A stretch of 63,947 nt of DNA, counting the filler, from Folioceros fuciformis (lineage: Eukaryota): assembly GCA_049999805.1 (NCBI GenBank). It is 12 parts of 12 records of this genome, joined end to end, with 100 filler letters (N's around TTAATTAATTAA, not from the genome) between each part and the next. Parts side by side here need not be neighbours in the genome. Positions count along the whole stretch, not along the records: positions 29,073 to 40,633 come from JBNGIO010006066.1; positions 40,734 to 42,473 come from JBNGIO010006067.1; positions 42,574 to 46,472 come from JBNGIO010006069.1; positions 46,573 to 53,375 come from JBNGIO010006070.1; 8 more parts are not named here. The stretch is one strand, 5' to 3'. Both the position numbers and the translations under genes were made by a program. Shown piece by piece: positions 34,599 to 47,005 of this stretch (position 1 is the stretch's first letter; every line of letters starts with the position of its first letter). The notes beneath the pieces were generated by a model that saw only the letters and a list, made by a program, of their open reading frames with translations, was not told the origin of the DNA and searched no databases.

Positions 34599-36263
34599 GA
34601 TATCCACATGAAGATCAAATGTCGTCGAGCGGATTCTTTTCGCATGCGCTTTTCTTCGAACAACATTAAGGTAGTCCTCATCTTGCGCAACCCTCTCCAT
34701 CCGTTCAGCGTCTGTCTCTACTGTTCGGGGCGGCTCGTCGTCGAAAGTAGGCCCTTCAGCCTGCCGCCTCTGTTTCCGCCCAGCAGAAGCCTCGTTGACA
34801 GGCCTTCCGACCTGCTCTTCCTCTTCTAGGGTGAAGCTGCCACTGGAACACATCAGCTGTTACATCCAATGTCCACGACAGGAAACCAGACCAGACCAAA
34901 TTGCAGACCGATTAGCAAGATACGCACCTGTGGCTCTTTTTCGAGACCTCATAGGAGAGGTCGTGGCTGTCTTCTTCTGGCTACGCTACTACTGGGGCAC
35001 CGGTAGGCTGGCGCACCGTCTTCTACTTCTTCCTCGATGGCGTCACCTCAACGGGCGATTCCTCTTCTTCTTCCTGTTCATCGTGTGAGCCTCTTCCAGC
35101 ATCCAGTGCCTCAGTGGGGCTATCTTCGGTGGAGGAGTAACCACCCATCTCCTTCTCTTGGTGACTGCTCAGCTCCTCCACCTCACGCAGTTTGTCTTTC
35201 GACAGCTCTGGCTGCATGCGCGGCATCTCCACCGGCCTCTCCGTCACTCTTCTTGCGCTAACACCAAAATCTGCGAAGGTCGCAATTCGTTGGCGCTCTC
35301 TGGCGATCCTGGATTGCAAGGGCTCGGTTCTTCAGGACACAATCGGCACAGAATCGCGAGACAATTCAACAGAACTGTTCGCCTCCCTGTTACACCCACA
35401 AGATGCAAGTAATTAGGGTTTATGGTTTGCCGGGTTAATAAGCCTAAATAAGTAAGCAACAACAGCTGGGATAATTAATTGCTAGGTTAATAAACTGAAA
35501 TAAATGATTAAGCTAATCATATACTAACATCTTGCACATTCAGAACAATCTTTCAAAGCCGTTTTTAGCCACATCGGTTCACAGCGCCGCGGCACAGCTT
35601 TCGCAACATTGACTACAATCAAGCTGTGGCTATTGTAGTCATCGGTGATATGGCTTGGTGGGTGCCGTGTGCAAATGAAATTGATGTGTGTTTCGTCTTC
35701 CACGCCGTCAACAGATGCATAGAGAATCTACCCAGGCCTCCCTACCTCATCGTCCAACAAGCCTTGGAAACCGTTAATCCACAAAGCCATGAGCAGCACC
35801 CACGGCAAATTGTAGTCTTCTGGCTCCTCTTCGATCACTAAAAACCACTCTTTGTATGTGTTGAACTGTTTGGCAAGTGTATCTTCAAGTTTCTTTAGCT
35901 TCAAGCGCTCAACATAGTTGTATGCATTTGGAATATTGTGGTTCTGACTACCACCAGTGCTGCCACCCTGAGTGACATTCACAGGCACATGGTTAACATG
36001 AACCTCGCTAGCTTTGCTGTTCGAGGCACAGACGCTCCCTCCTGAATTGTCTTTCCTCAATGCGAGAGCTGTTGGCTGTGGTGTAACATCTCCTACTGTG
36101 ATCGCTGGTTGCCGCTGGTTTTCTCTCTCGATGATGGGCAAGATGCAACGTGAGCTAAAGCTTTTGCCCCCTGTCGCGGTTTCTTCGGCTTTGATGGTGC
36201 CTCCAATACTTCCATATCAATGGCCGCATTCAGTTGCTTGTTGCTTCGCCGGCTAGCTGCCAT
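34599..36263 (-). pseudogene. Decayed accessory gene divergent from the Sola-like transposase
   Basis: Chain of minus-strand ORF pieces (36263, 35728-36141, 35023-35319, 34599-34853) broken by stops; AT-rich probable intron at about 35387-35528; acidic/charged product. Confidence 0.5.
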
Positions 36264-36937
36264 CTTCGCCTGCGCGTGAGAGGAAGTGAACAAGAAAACT
36301 TCAGAAGACCAAAGCTGATGCAGAAGCACTGAGGAATGACTTAAGCATTCAACGAAAAGATTTGAAGTCAACTATGAAGTTGAATGTGTGTTGCCTGAAA
36401 TAGGCAGAGTGTTTGAACAACGTCCTCTGCATTTATGCCAGAACAATGATTAAAGGTGCCGTTCCCGACAAACAACAGCTACTTGATTTGATGATCAAAC
36501 GTTCATATCGAAAAGGCGGCTTAATTATGCCAGCGTAACCTGTATTCAATGAATCGATGAGTGACGGTAGAATGCATCCTGCAAGGAAGCTCCTTTGCGG
36601 TTAATGAGTGCGACAATGGCATGGATTGGCAGGCTTCTTCCTCAGGCGACATGGTGCCTACGAAAACATCGGAGTTCAATTCTCAAGGTAGGCGACGACT
36701 ACGGTTGAAGATGGGCATTAGGTTGTTGAAGTTGAAAGTCTGATCTTCTCTGTTTGCGTCTTGTTGCTTTGTTCCCAATGATTCAGAAGGAATCGACATC
36801 GGCTTCCGACCGTCTCCTGTACGTCTGAGTCTTCTGGATGGCATCCATACTCCGGAAAGCCCATTGCGACCCAGTAGCCTTTCACGCTAGCAACTAGGAA
36901 AACAACACCTCTAAAGCGAAATGCGGATCTCACTATC

Positions 36938-39655
36938 TTGGACGGGGACTTTGATGAGTTGGATGTAGAAGGAATTGCGAGTGGACACCGGGTCAGGAGA
37001 ATCGACCAGGGAGCGCTTCCAGCCCAAAGCCGAAGGAGGGGATGTCATGGCCGTAGACGCTGTCAGGACGACGGGCACATCGTCGTGAAAAACATACAAT
37101 TTGAAACCATCATCCGAGTCCTTGATTGAAGTTCCTGGAGATCATCGACGTAGTCGGAAGAAAAAAATCTCGACTGTACCTGAGAAAAAGTGCTCTCAGA
37201 TCCGCATTTCTGCAAATTACAGCAGACTATTGCAGACTATGTTGTGCAAAGCAGTGTCTTAGATCCTTATTTAAACCAGACTTTCAGGATTTGAGATACC
37301 GATTTCTAAACCTCTGCAGGACATAGCAAGAAATGTTTTTGCAGACCCTGTTTGATGTCAAGCGTACTTCGGATGGACGCTTGACAGCGATGGCTTTTCT
37401 CATTGGATCTGTTAAGATACGCTGTTGTCAAGACGCCTTTACACGAGTTTTCTGTATCGGTGTGAACAAGTACGAGGCAGCAAAAGAAAGAGCTTTGGAT
37501 AACATTATGTGGGTGGGCTCTGTCCATGCAGAAAAAGCGCACCCGGGACCACGCTATGGTTGCATGTGTTTGGATGGATCAATTATTTTGCCTCCTTGCA
37601 GAACGCATGCCAAACATTGAAATGTACCATCTTCCCGACTCGTACACAAAAGAGGAAATTTTTATGGAGTACAAGCAGCAAATGCAACGAGCAGAACAGT
37701 ACAGTGTGTCTTACTCTTATTTCTGTCAATTGTGGGCTTCACATTTCTACAAGGTGCGAATTCTGAAGACCAACAGGTTTTCACTCTATACAACCTGCAA
37801 TTACTTGAAAAGGAACATCAGAGCCGAGTCTGATAAGAAGAAACAAGGTATGTGAGCCCGTTTTTTCAGTCACGTTTCATGTAGGCATTTGAAGTGCGCG
37901 GTCGACCAGCGCACTTCGCTCCATCCTTCCCTGATAAGTGCACCGGTTGACTGGCACACTTTTTCTTCCCATTGATGTTGAGAGAGCGCCGGTAGACCGG
38001 CGCACTCCCCCTGTTTCGCATCCTTCAGTTTTTCTTGTGACTGCGCATTGCTGGGTGTGCGCCAGTATACCGACGCACTGCTTCCACTCCTTCTCACGAA
38101 ATGTAGGGACTGACTGCTTTGTGGTAGGTGTGCGCCAGTCTACTGGCGCACACCCACCAGCTCACACACTTTTTCCTTATTCTCATGTGTAGGTTTTTAC
38201 TGTTTTTTGTAGAGGGCTTTGAATCTGACTTGAAGCTCCATCGTAATAGACTGAAGGCAAAGCGCGAGAAGAGTATCAAACATCGGGTCAAATGTTATGG
38301 TGACCCCGGAAAGTACATTGGAATATCAGTGGATGGTATGGATCAACATAAGACTCAGTTGCCCCATTTCGTACGAGTGCCCAAAGATTTGGTGGATGTT
38401 GGCCTCATTGATGTCCATGTAGTAAGGTGTATGGTATACAACAAGACTTTGACACCAAAGCTCTTCATCGAGTTCGGCAACATTTGAAACGATGAGAACT
38501 TAACAATATCAATTATTCAGCGCATGATTCACGAGTACGAAGGCTTGCTTCCCGGAGTGCTATATTTGCAGCTAGACAACACGGCACGGGAGAACAAAAA
38601 TGCGTTGTTGTTTTCTTATTTGAATATGTTAGTGGAAAAGCGGGTTTTTTTGAAGATAAAAGACGGATTCCTGCTAGTAGGGCACACGCATGTTTAGATG
38701 TTTTCCAGGTTTCCAACGGCACTCGGTCGGAAGGAAGCTTTGACTTTACCAAAACTGATTGCAGTTATGCAGAGCGCGTATGCCCCCATGCCAAACGTTC
38801 AAGAGGTGAACGAGGTTCCAGACTTTAGAAAGTTTGTTTGGCCTATACCCTATGGGAAAGCAGGATATCAGAGTGTTGCAGCGGTTAATCAGCTGCATAA
38901 CATATCGTTTCAACACCAGTTTAAGATCACAAAAGAGAGTTGCGGAGATCGTGGACCTATTACAGTTATGAGAGGAAAATAATATTCCACTGATCAATAC
39001 TGGTCACCTGATGAAGGGATAGAACTCCTGAAAGTAGTTCCAGAGAGGAATATGAAAGCCGCTCCACTAATGCATCTGCAGGTGAGCAGTAGGAAACAAA
39101 AGGCTATTACGGACAATGTGCCAGGATATAATCTGTCGCAGATTCGATCAAGATTGGAGTTCAAATTACGCCAGCACTTAGGTCTGGGCGAAGACATCTG
39201 GTGGGATTCATTTTGGGCCGAGCAAGAGGCTATCGTTCAAATTATTAATTCGGCTGTAGAGCAAGACCTTGACTGGCCATGGCGATGGTATAATCGTGAC
39301 GAGGCAGAGTTGTTAAACCCCCCGTTACTCACAGATGCTTTGGTATTGGAAAACCCACGGATACGAGAAGTTCTTAGAAGAGATATGTATGTGGGGCCAT
39401 ATAGCAGAGATGCACACGTTCGAAACGATGTTGATAGCTTCAGTGGAGATGTATCAGAGATCAAAGCAGGGCACATGATTGATGTCCCATGCAAGACAGA
39501 CGTAGACAATAGGCCTTTTTGGATGCCAAAGTGCTGGACACACAGAAGGAAAATGACACTCAAAATATCACAGTCCATTGGTGGGTCACGAAATGTTCAG
39601 ATGCATTTGAAGGCCGATATGAAGAGGAGGTGATATTGCCAAATGAAGACCCTGC
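36938..39655 (+). pseudogene. Sola-like (DUF7869-like) DDE/D transposase, degenerate, with an intron at 37848-38212
   Basis: CCAKQC, CCQDAFTRVFCIG, ERMPN..YHLP, FCQLWASHF..NRFS, ISVDGMDQHKTQLPHF, LYLQLDNTARENKN, FLLVGHTHV*MFSRF; GT..AG phase-1 intron joins exons in frame; family assignment from remembered motifs; true start uncertain. Confidence 0.78.
37891..38159. repeat. Five spaced copies of a 22-bp palindrome (GTGCGCCGGTNNACCGGCGCAC) inside the transposase intron
   Basis: Copies start at 37894, 37938, 37984, 38057, 38130; dissimilar spacers of 23, 24, 51 and 51 nt. Confidence 0.85.
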
Positions 39656-40633
39656 TGTGGAGGCAAAACCCCGGGCACTGATTGCCAACGGGTTCCACCT
39701 TTAGTGGCCACACTTATCCCACAGTCGTTGAGACATTGGGTTTCGTTCCCACGAAGGAGTGATGGGGTTCCTTGCTGCTGTGAATGGAGGGTCGGACTTG
39801 ATTGACTCGATGATGGATTCGAGGGCTCCCCTCCAACTCCGATCAGGCGTAGGGCAGGCCTCGCTGTCCGGCGGTCAGCTGCACCTCTCTCGGTGCCCAC
39901 AAACTCACTCCACTCACTACAACGACCCTAACCTTTTAGATCTGCGACTTCCCTCACTCACTTCACTCACTCTCACTCTTGCACCAACACCAGCAACTAA
40001 CAATGACACCACTACCTTCTACACTTCCCTACTGACTCCTCCTACCCGGCAAGAGTCACTAGACTAACCCCAAAGAAAAGAAAGAAGGGAACACACTCCC
40101 CTCTTGGATATCTCCCCCCCACAACCTTACCAGACGCCATAAAACATGGCCGACCTACAGCACTTGTCCAAACAGGGAACAAGAGTGGACAGGTTGAGAG
40201 AAAGACACATCCTTTACAATCAAGAGCTAGGGGCAAGCCCCTACACCCTGGTCATTACACCCTGTGATCCTACCAGACACTATACAACTGGCAACACGCT
40301 GCCTGCGATCCTACTAGACACTGTACAGCCGGCAACATGCTGCTTGCGATCCTACCAGACATTGTACAGCCGGCAACACGCGACTTGCGATCCTACCATA
40401 CGTTGCACAGTCGGTAACACGCTGCCTGCGATCCTACCAGACACTGTACAGCCGGCAACACGCGGCTTGCGATCCTGCCAGACGTTGCACAGCCGGCAAC
40501 ACACTGCAGGTCCTAAACCAAGCAGGGACAGACCACAAGAGCTCATGAAGAGAGGACCTCCAAGAGCTCACGAAGAGATAGACTGACTCCCAAAGTGAAT
40601 GACTCCCTCCTCCTACAGGCTCACCTGATCTTA
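39656..40633 (-). repeat. 3' end of a related long LTR in opposite orientation, truncating the transposase
   Basis: Starts TGTGGAG on + (CTCCACA on -), shares GGCCACAC and CTCACTTCACTC-rich tracts with the reverse complement of 34200-34598. Confidence 0.6.
40261..40505. repeat. 41-bp minisatellite, 6 copies
   Basis: Unit like CCTGCGATCCTACCAGACACTGTACAGCCGGCAACACGCTG at 40261, 40302, 40343, 40384, 40425, 40466. Confidence 0.92.
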
Positions 40634-40733
40634 NNNNNNNNNNNNNNNNNNNNNNNNNNNNNNNNNNNNNNNNNNNNTTAATTAATTAANNNNNNNNNNN
40701 NNNNNNNNNNNNNNNNNNNNNNNNNNNNNNNNN

Positions 40734-42473
40734 GCACTCAACCATACCATACTTAGTTAGTACATCCGACGCATACTTCCGCTGTGACAGCCAAATGCCT
40801 GTGTTGGTTCGTATAATTTCAATGCCCAAAAAGAACCTCAGTTCACCTAGGTCCGCCATCTTGAACTCTTGTTGTAGAAGTTCCTTGATCTGCTCCACTT
40901 GATCCAACTGATTACCTCCAATGATTAGATCATCCACATAAATGGTCACAAAGACCAGTCGTTTTGTACTTTTGCACACATACAACGAATGATCCGCATC
41001 TGCCATGTTGAATCCGATGTGAATCAGATGCTGAGCAAGACGCTCATGCCAAGCCCTCGGGGCTTGCTTCAGTCCGTACAACGTTTTTTTCAGCTTGCAC
41101 ACATGATTTGGATGATCCAAATTCTCATATCCTGGTGGCTGGTCCATGTATACTTCTTCCAGCAATTCTCCATGTAAAAATGCATTCTTCACATCCATAT
41201 GATGTAGGACCCAACCTTTCGATGCCGCTAGTGCGATCACGGTTCGAATTGTTGCCATTTTGGCAACTGGACTGAACGTCTCCTCAAAATCTATTCCATA
41301 TGTCTGGGCATATCCCTTGGCCACAAGCCTTGCCTTGTACCTGTTGATACTACCATCTGCGTTGTGTTTGACCTTGTACACCCATTTGCAACCTATTGGT
41401 TTCTTGCCTTCAGGTAGTTGTACTAGGTCCCATGTTGCATTCTGATTTAACGCATTCATTTCTTCATCCATAGCATGTTCCCACTTTGTGTCTCCAATAG
41501 CTTCTTCAAAGCTTCTTGGTTCCACATCCTGTACAACCTTTGCCATATAGGCATGGTGCCTAGCTACATAGCTATCATAGGTCAACCGCTGTATTGGAAC
41601 CTTCTGCCTTCCAGATCTCCGTGGGATTGAACCACTTCCAGGGGCTGATTGAACCTCTTTTGCACCAGGTGTTTCGATTTTCGGTACACCGAATTCCTCA
41701 TCCAAGCTCTGCTCAGAGTCGCTTGAATCATCCGCACCTGCACTTAGGTCTGGTATCTTTGAATCCTGGACTTTTTCCTTCCCTTTGCGAGACACAGCTG
41801 TGGAGTTCGTAGGACTCACACGACCTCGCAACCTGCCACTCCATGGATTCTGAACATTTGTCGAGTTTGATGACGCTTGCGGTCCACTCAACACTTGTGA
41901 TTGTTGACCTGCATTGCTTGTTACCTCAGTTTCAAGCACATCAGCTACACTACTTCCTTGTACTTCAAAGTACCAGCTACCCATTTCATCAAAGACTACG
42001 TCTCTGCTTACTCTCATAGTCCGTGTACTGGGATTGTAGCACCTGTATCCTTTCTGTGTAACAGAATACCCAATGAAGACACACTTTTCTGCTTTTGGAT
42101 CAAGCTTAGTCCGCAACTCATCCGGAATATGGACATAAGCAATGCAACCAAATACCTTTAAGTGTGACAAGTCAGGTTTCTTCCCTGTGAACTTCTCCTC
42201 CGGTGTTACACTGTGCACCACTACTGTGGAAGTTCTGTTCATGATGTACACTGCTGTGCTTACAGCTTCAGCCCAATAGTAGTGAGGCATCTTCTTCTCT
42301 GTCATCAATGCTCTCGCCACTTCTGCTATGTGCCTGTTCTTGCGCTCTGCAACTCCATTTTGTTGTAGCGTATAACGACATGAGTACTGCCGTTGAATGC
42401 CCTGTTCTGATAAGAATTTGCTGAACTCTCTGGAGAAGTACTCTCCCCCTCCATCAGATCTTAGGCATTTGAT
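40734..42473 (-). mobile_element. copia A copy 3 (integrase-RT contig, frame open)
   Basis: Near-identical to copies 1 and 2; YVDD intact. Confidence 0.95.
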
Positions 42474-43389
42474 NNNNNNNNNNNNNNNNNNNNNNNNNNN
42501 NNNNNNNNNNNNNNNNNTTAATTAATTAANNNNNNNNNNNNNNNNNNNNNNNNNNNNNNNNNNNNNNNNNNNNAAGTCAAAGGCCACAGACAAGAAGTAG
42601 GACTGAGAGGGAACGGATGAATGATGCTTCTTCTTCAGAGCATCCAATATTATTGGAATAAGATAGATTTAGGAGGTACTCATGCACGATAGACTGTGGC
42701 CAGTGATTGGAAACATTCTATGATGCACTATGAGCCTCAAAATAGTGGATTATAGTTTGTTATGTTTAGATATGGATAGGGTGTGGTTTTTATAGATTTG
42801 GAAGCTCAGAAGCGTAGTTTCTATTTTGTACATGAATGAAACAACATTTTACAACTTCTGAAATGATAGAGTCCAATGGACATTTTTTGGGATTGTGATT
42901 TTAACTTCAAATGTATCAATTATGTGGTAATGAGAACACTAGTTTGGAGCATCATGAACTCTCACAACGATAACATAATAAACTTGCGCAACAATTGTTG
43001 CAATGCATGTGGTTTATGACAATGTCGGAAGATGGCTACACCGTGAATGTGCGTAATACATGAAAACATATGACAAGGGAGCAATATTGTAACGGGTGGA
43101 GGCCTCAGAGAATCGAAATAAAATATATGCCAAAGAAGTACTTAGGGAAAATAACATTTTGTAGGTGAAGATATGAAATAGTTTTATTCATAGCTTGTGG
43201 TAACACGTATAAGCATGCAATCTGCGTACAAGGTAGCATCCTTGGTTTGTCCATACTATAAAGAATAGGGCAACATGAACTTCAAACTTAGAAGTATTAC
43301 ATCTATGAACTATCTTCTAGCTTGAACCACCTTCAATGTGAATGATGTAATTCAAAATGAAACATACGGTATATATGTTTATTGCAATC

Positions 43390-46300
43390 CTACTCGTTGA
43401 TGTCAGTGGGCAATTCGTAGTCACTATCTCCCTTGACCTCAGCCCCACTAGATCCAGAAGGCCCATCTTCATCATTCGAAGCGTCTTCTACTTTGATCCT
43501 TCGTTTGATTGTCGTAGAGTGAATGGTTTTGAACCTCTTGCAATACTCAATGGTGTCGAGGGGGTTCTTGGCATGCAAGGGGTCTTGATGTGGCGATAGT
43601 GCAAACGGCTGCATGACAGCTTTCCGTTTCAGGATTGGTTCTGTTGGACGTGTAGGTCCTACCGTACTAGGTGCATTGCCTACCGCAGTCTCTAATTTAA
43701 TGTAAAGCGCAGTTTTTGCCTTGCACGACGACAAATTATGGTGAGGAGGAATTCCAGAGTGGTTCCTGATTAGAGTGGAAAGAGGCAAATTTCCATCACT
43801 AGAAACATTGTCAGACTCGGCTTCTGCTGCTCGGGGTCGTACCTGCTTTGAAAGGGAAACCAAACCATGGGAGGATTTCAAGTTGGTTCGTGTTACATCT
43901 ACGGGAGAGCTTCCAAAGAGAGACCGCGACGCAACACCATGCAAGGGGGCTTGTTCTTTCAAAGCTGAAGAGTTTTTCCTCGGGAAGTGCAGGCCGGGTA
44001 GGGGACTTAGAGTGCCCTGAAGACCATCATCTTCTATTTTCTTCCCCTTCAGAAGTGTGCTATCCTCGTCAATTGGTACTCCTCTTGTTTCCTTCAAAGC
44101 TGTCATAGGATGAAGATTGGGGAGGTTCAATTCCGGAACATCTTCCTTTGGAAGAATGTTTTGACTATTGAGGAGGCCATCCCCATTCAAGTAGCGGGAT
44201 ATAGGTAGCGTGTCATCCGCATTTTCAGCAGCAGTATCATCATCCGAAAAGAAATCATACTCATTGCCTACGCCATGGTGGATGTTTGTGGTCCCCGTTG
44301 GCGGGCCACTATCAATGGCATCGTCTAGGAGTTCTGGATTGTAATTGGCATCCACATCCGAACTGAAACCGTTGGAGTCTTGAGAGTTATTTGATGAAGG
44401 TGCTTGCAGGTCTTCTAAATCCAAGTTCTCCGCGTACCACCTCTTTTCGTCCGTCAACTTTCCATTGGCGATCAACTTTGAATTTGTATAGACGTACACC
44501 AAGTCATTTGCTCTTTGAGGTAGTAGCCTATTTCGTACTTTGTTATGCACAAAGGAATAGCTACTCCAATTGCGTTCACAAGAAGAGGAGGATAGCGTTT
44601 GGGCTAATATTCTCTTTGCAATGGGTGCAAGGAATTTCCCACAAGCACCTTCAAAATCCCACCAAGCGTGTGGAGAACACTTTTGCTGTTTAGGATCCAA
44701 CATGTCATGAAAGGGCGGACTTCTGTGTCGAAATGCTATGAACTCGTTTACCACATCTGGGTAGTTCTCAGGCGTACATAGCTTTCTGAGTACCCGTTTG
44801 CAGGCGGTGATGGCGTCCGCATCGTCAGCCAAGTCTTTGTCATCAAGCAAATATGGATTTAGGAGTGCTCCAGCGGAATGTAAGTCCGTTGTGATCATCC
44901 TCTTGCGGGTGTAGAAGTCCCGCTCAGCAACGTCCGCTAAATCGGTAGCAAGATTGAATGGCTCATGGCGTAGCGCAAGAACATGCTTCTCAAGGTTGCG
45001 GAGGATGTGCAAACCTTTGCCCATACATGGTTCCTTGGCATCAAACTCCCGTAGAGCATACACTATAGGTGCAACCATCTCCCGAAAGTTTGTGCACCGC
45101 TCCCAGAAGTGGTCATTCTGAACGAGTCTCTTGACGTTGCGAGATAAGGTGCGTGCTTTATCTTTACGGCTATCACGAAGCTTGGTCACATATGCCAACC
45201 AATCTGGATCAACAACACTCTGCTCCAGGGCTGCTCGGACCTTAAGTAAGCGATCAACCATTATGAAATTTGATGCAAATCTAGTTTGCCCAGGCAACAG
45301 CAAATTGAACTTTGCCTCGTGTTTACGAAACACGGCGAGGGGCATTTGGCGATTCCTTACAAACTTCACCAAGTACTTAGCCTTGCGCACAGCTTCTTTT
45401 ACCCATGTTGCCTTCCCCCAGTCCTCCAACAATAAGTCCATGGCGTGTGCAGCACATCCTTGAATATATATGTGGGGATATTTCTGTGTGACAATTTGTG
45501 AGGCCTTGAGCATTGAACTTGCATTGTCAGTGCAGACTTGGACGATATTGTGAGGGCCAACTTGATCAATGAATTTGTCCATAATCGAGGCCATGTATTC
45601 AGCAGTCTTTTCTTTGCCCGTAGTATCCACAGATCCCAAGAAAAGCTCACCAGCTGGAGACACAAGCATTGCATTGCATAGAGGTCGACTACTGACGGAG
45701 GTCCATCCGTCTAGGGCTAGTGTTCCTCCAAACTTTCGAACGGTCTCGGCCGTTCTATTATTGAGGTCCGCTTCCAAATCAGTCTTCGCTTGCACGAGCA
45801 ACCTTGTGCGAACATCATGGTAAGAGGGTGGAACATATGGTTTTCCAAAGGCGGCAGTCTTCATCACTGCTTCCTTGAATGCTCCATTCCGCGCTATTGC
45901 AAATGGAACATTGGCCTCATAAAAAAACCTAGCCCAGAGTTTGTCTAGCTCGCGGCGCTCCACCTCTTGAAATCCCTCGGAGAGAATAGATTGCCTCAAC
46001 AATCGCGGACCGGTGCTACCTATACTTCCATATTCGCTCGATGGGAGAAAAGGGAGGGTCGGTTCAACCGTATCTGCTCCTGAACTTGTCCTGGGAACTT
46101 GAGTAGATCCTACACAAGAATCTCCACCTGTGGACTTGGGTGTGCTGTGTTCCGTATTAGACGGAGTTTCCAATGTTGGGGTGGTAAATCGTTGAGGAAG
46201 AAGTTCTCCGCTATGACGAGGATATCGCCCACCACAATTTCTAAACAGAGAACGTATGGGCGGTGTCAATTTGGCGCAGAGGCTGACACCACTATTGCGC

Positions 46301-46455
46301 TTGCCAAGGACTTCTTCGTAGCCAAGATGACTGAGTTGTCGTTCCAGCTTTCTGGCATAGGTCTTTAGACAAAGACTGCACTGAAGGGAATCAGTCTTTC
46401 TCCCAAGTACCTCTCTTATTTCCTTATACCAAGGGGACCAAGGTTTTGTAGCCAT
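43390..46455 (-). CDS. hAT transposase, 1021 aa (BED-like zinc finger, DUF659-type core, hAT dimerisation domain, long C-terminal extension)
   Basis: QCSLC..SHL..C, LALDGWT, VQVCTDNA, CAAHAMDL, TRFASNF, AWW..SSSSCERNWS..RNRL; uninterrupted ORF; TIRs not visible. Confidence 0.93.
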   Translation of the reverse strand: MATKPWSPWYKEIREVLGRKTDSLQCSLCLKTYARKLERQLSHLGYEEVLGKRNSGVSLCAKLTPPIRSLFRNCGGRYPRHSGELLPQRFTTPTLETPSNTEHSTPKSTGGDSCVGSTQVPRTSSGADTVEPTLPFLPSSEYGSIGSTGPRLLRQSILSEGFQEVERRELDKLWARFFYEANVPFAIARNGAFKEAVMKTAAFGKPYVPPSYHDVRTRLLVQAKTDLEADLNNRTAETVRKFGGTLALDGWTSVSSRPLCNAMLVSPAGELFLGSVDTTGKEKTAEYMASIMDKFIDQVGPHNIVQVCTDNASSMLKASQIVTQKYPHIYIQGCAAHAMDLLLEDWGKATWVKEAVRKAKYLVKFVRNRQMPLAVFRKHEAKFNLLLPGQTRFASNFIMVDRLLKVRAALEQSVVDPDWLAYVTKLRDSRKDKARTLSRNVKRLVQNDHFWERCTNFREMVAPIVYALREFDAKEPCMGKGLHILRNLEKHVLALRHEPFNLATDLADVAERDFYTRKRMITTDLHSAGALLNPYLLDDKDLADDADAITACKRVLRKLCTPENYPDVVNEFIAFRHRSPPFHDMLDPKQQKCSPHAWWDFEGACGKFLAPIAKRILAQTLSSSSCERNWSSYSFVHNKVRNRLLPQRANDLVYVYTNSKLIANGKLTDEKRWYAENLDLEDLQAPSSNNSQDSNGFSSDVDANYNPELLDDAIDSGPPTGTTNIHHGVGNEYDFFSDDDTAAENADDTLPISRYLNGDGLLNSQNILPKEDVPELNLPNLHPMTALKETRGVPIDEDSTLLKGKKIEDDGLQGTLSPLPGLHFPRKNSSALKEQAPLHGVASRSLFGSSPVDVTRTNLKSSHGLVSLSKQVRPRAAEAESDNVSSDGNLPLSTLIRNHSGIPPHHNLSSCKAKTALYIKLETAVGNAPSTVGPTRPTEPILKRKAVMQPFALSPHQDPLHAKNPLDTIEYCKRFKTIHSTTIKRRIKVEDASNDEDGPSGSSGAEVKGDSDYELPTDINE

Positions 46456-46572
46456 TTCGGTGAGTTAAGTAGNNNNNNNNNNNNNNNNNNNNNNNNNNNN
46501 NNNNNNNNNNNNNNNNTTAATTAATTAANNNNNNNNNNNNNNNNNNNNNNNNNNNNNNNNNNNNNNNNNNNN

Positions 46573-47005
46573 AGGGGGGGAAGCTGAAGAAAAGAGAGGA
46601 AGAGTTGGAGTGAAATGCATAGAAGTGAAGAGTGAGCTGCTGAAGTGCAGAAGTGTGTGTTGAAGTGGAGGGTGGAGGACTGAAATGAAGAGGAAGGGAC
46701 TGGAGTGGGAATCTTGAAGAGCTGAGGTGAAGGAGAAAGTGGCTGAAGTGGGAATCAAGAAGAGCTGAAGGACTGAAGAATAGGAGTGTGAGTTGGGCGA
46801 GCTGACTTAGGGGGTAGGCTAGGCTTCTAGCCTTTTTTTTGTGAGTGTATGGACAGACCTATAGACCGGCTGATAGGTAGAAGTGTGATAGGTAGTGTTC
46901 CTTGGCACTAGTTCACTCCCTTGGGAGCGAACCATAGGCCTGCAACGACAATAGGGGAATGTGTGGCCCCTTGGGTGGTTCTTGGGTGCAAGAAATCACT
47001 CCACA
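46573..47005 (+). repeat. 3' end of long LTR (second copy)
   Basis: Aligns with 34200-34598; ends AAGAAATCACTCCACA. Confidence 0.75.

Noticed and set aside
37891-38159. CRISPR array call
   Set aside because: Eukaryotic context, no cas genes, two spacer length classes and degenerate repeats; kept only as a palindrome array
29073-42473. Large inverted repeat of copia A around the Sola-like element as a composite transposon
   Set aside because: A gap separates the arms, so orientation is unproven, and they are ordinary partial copies
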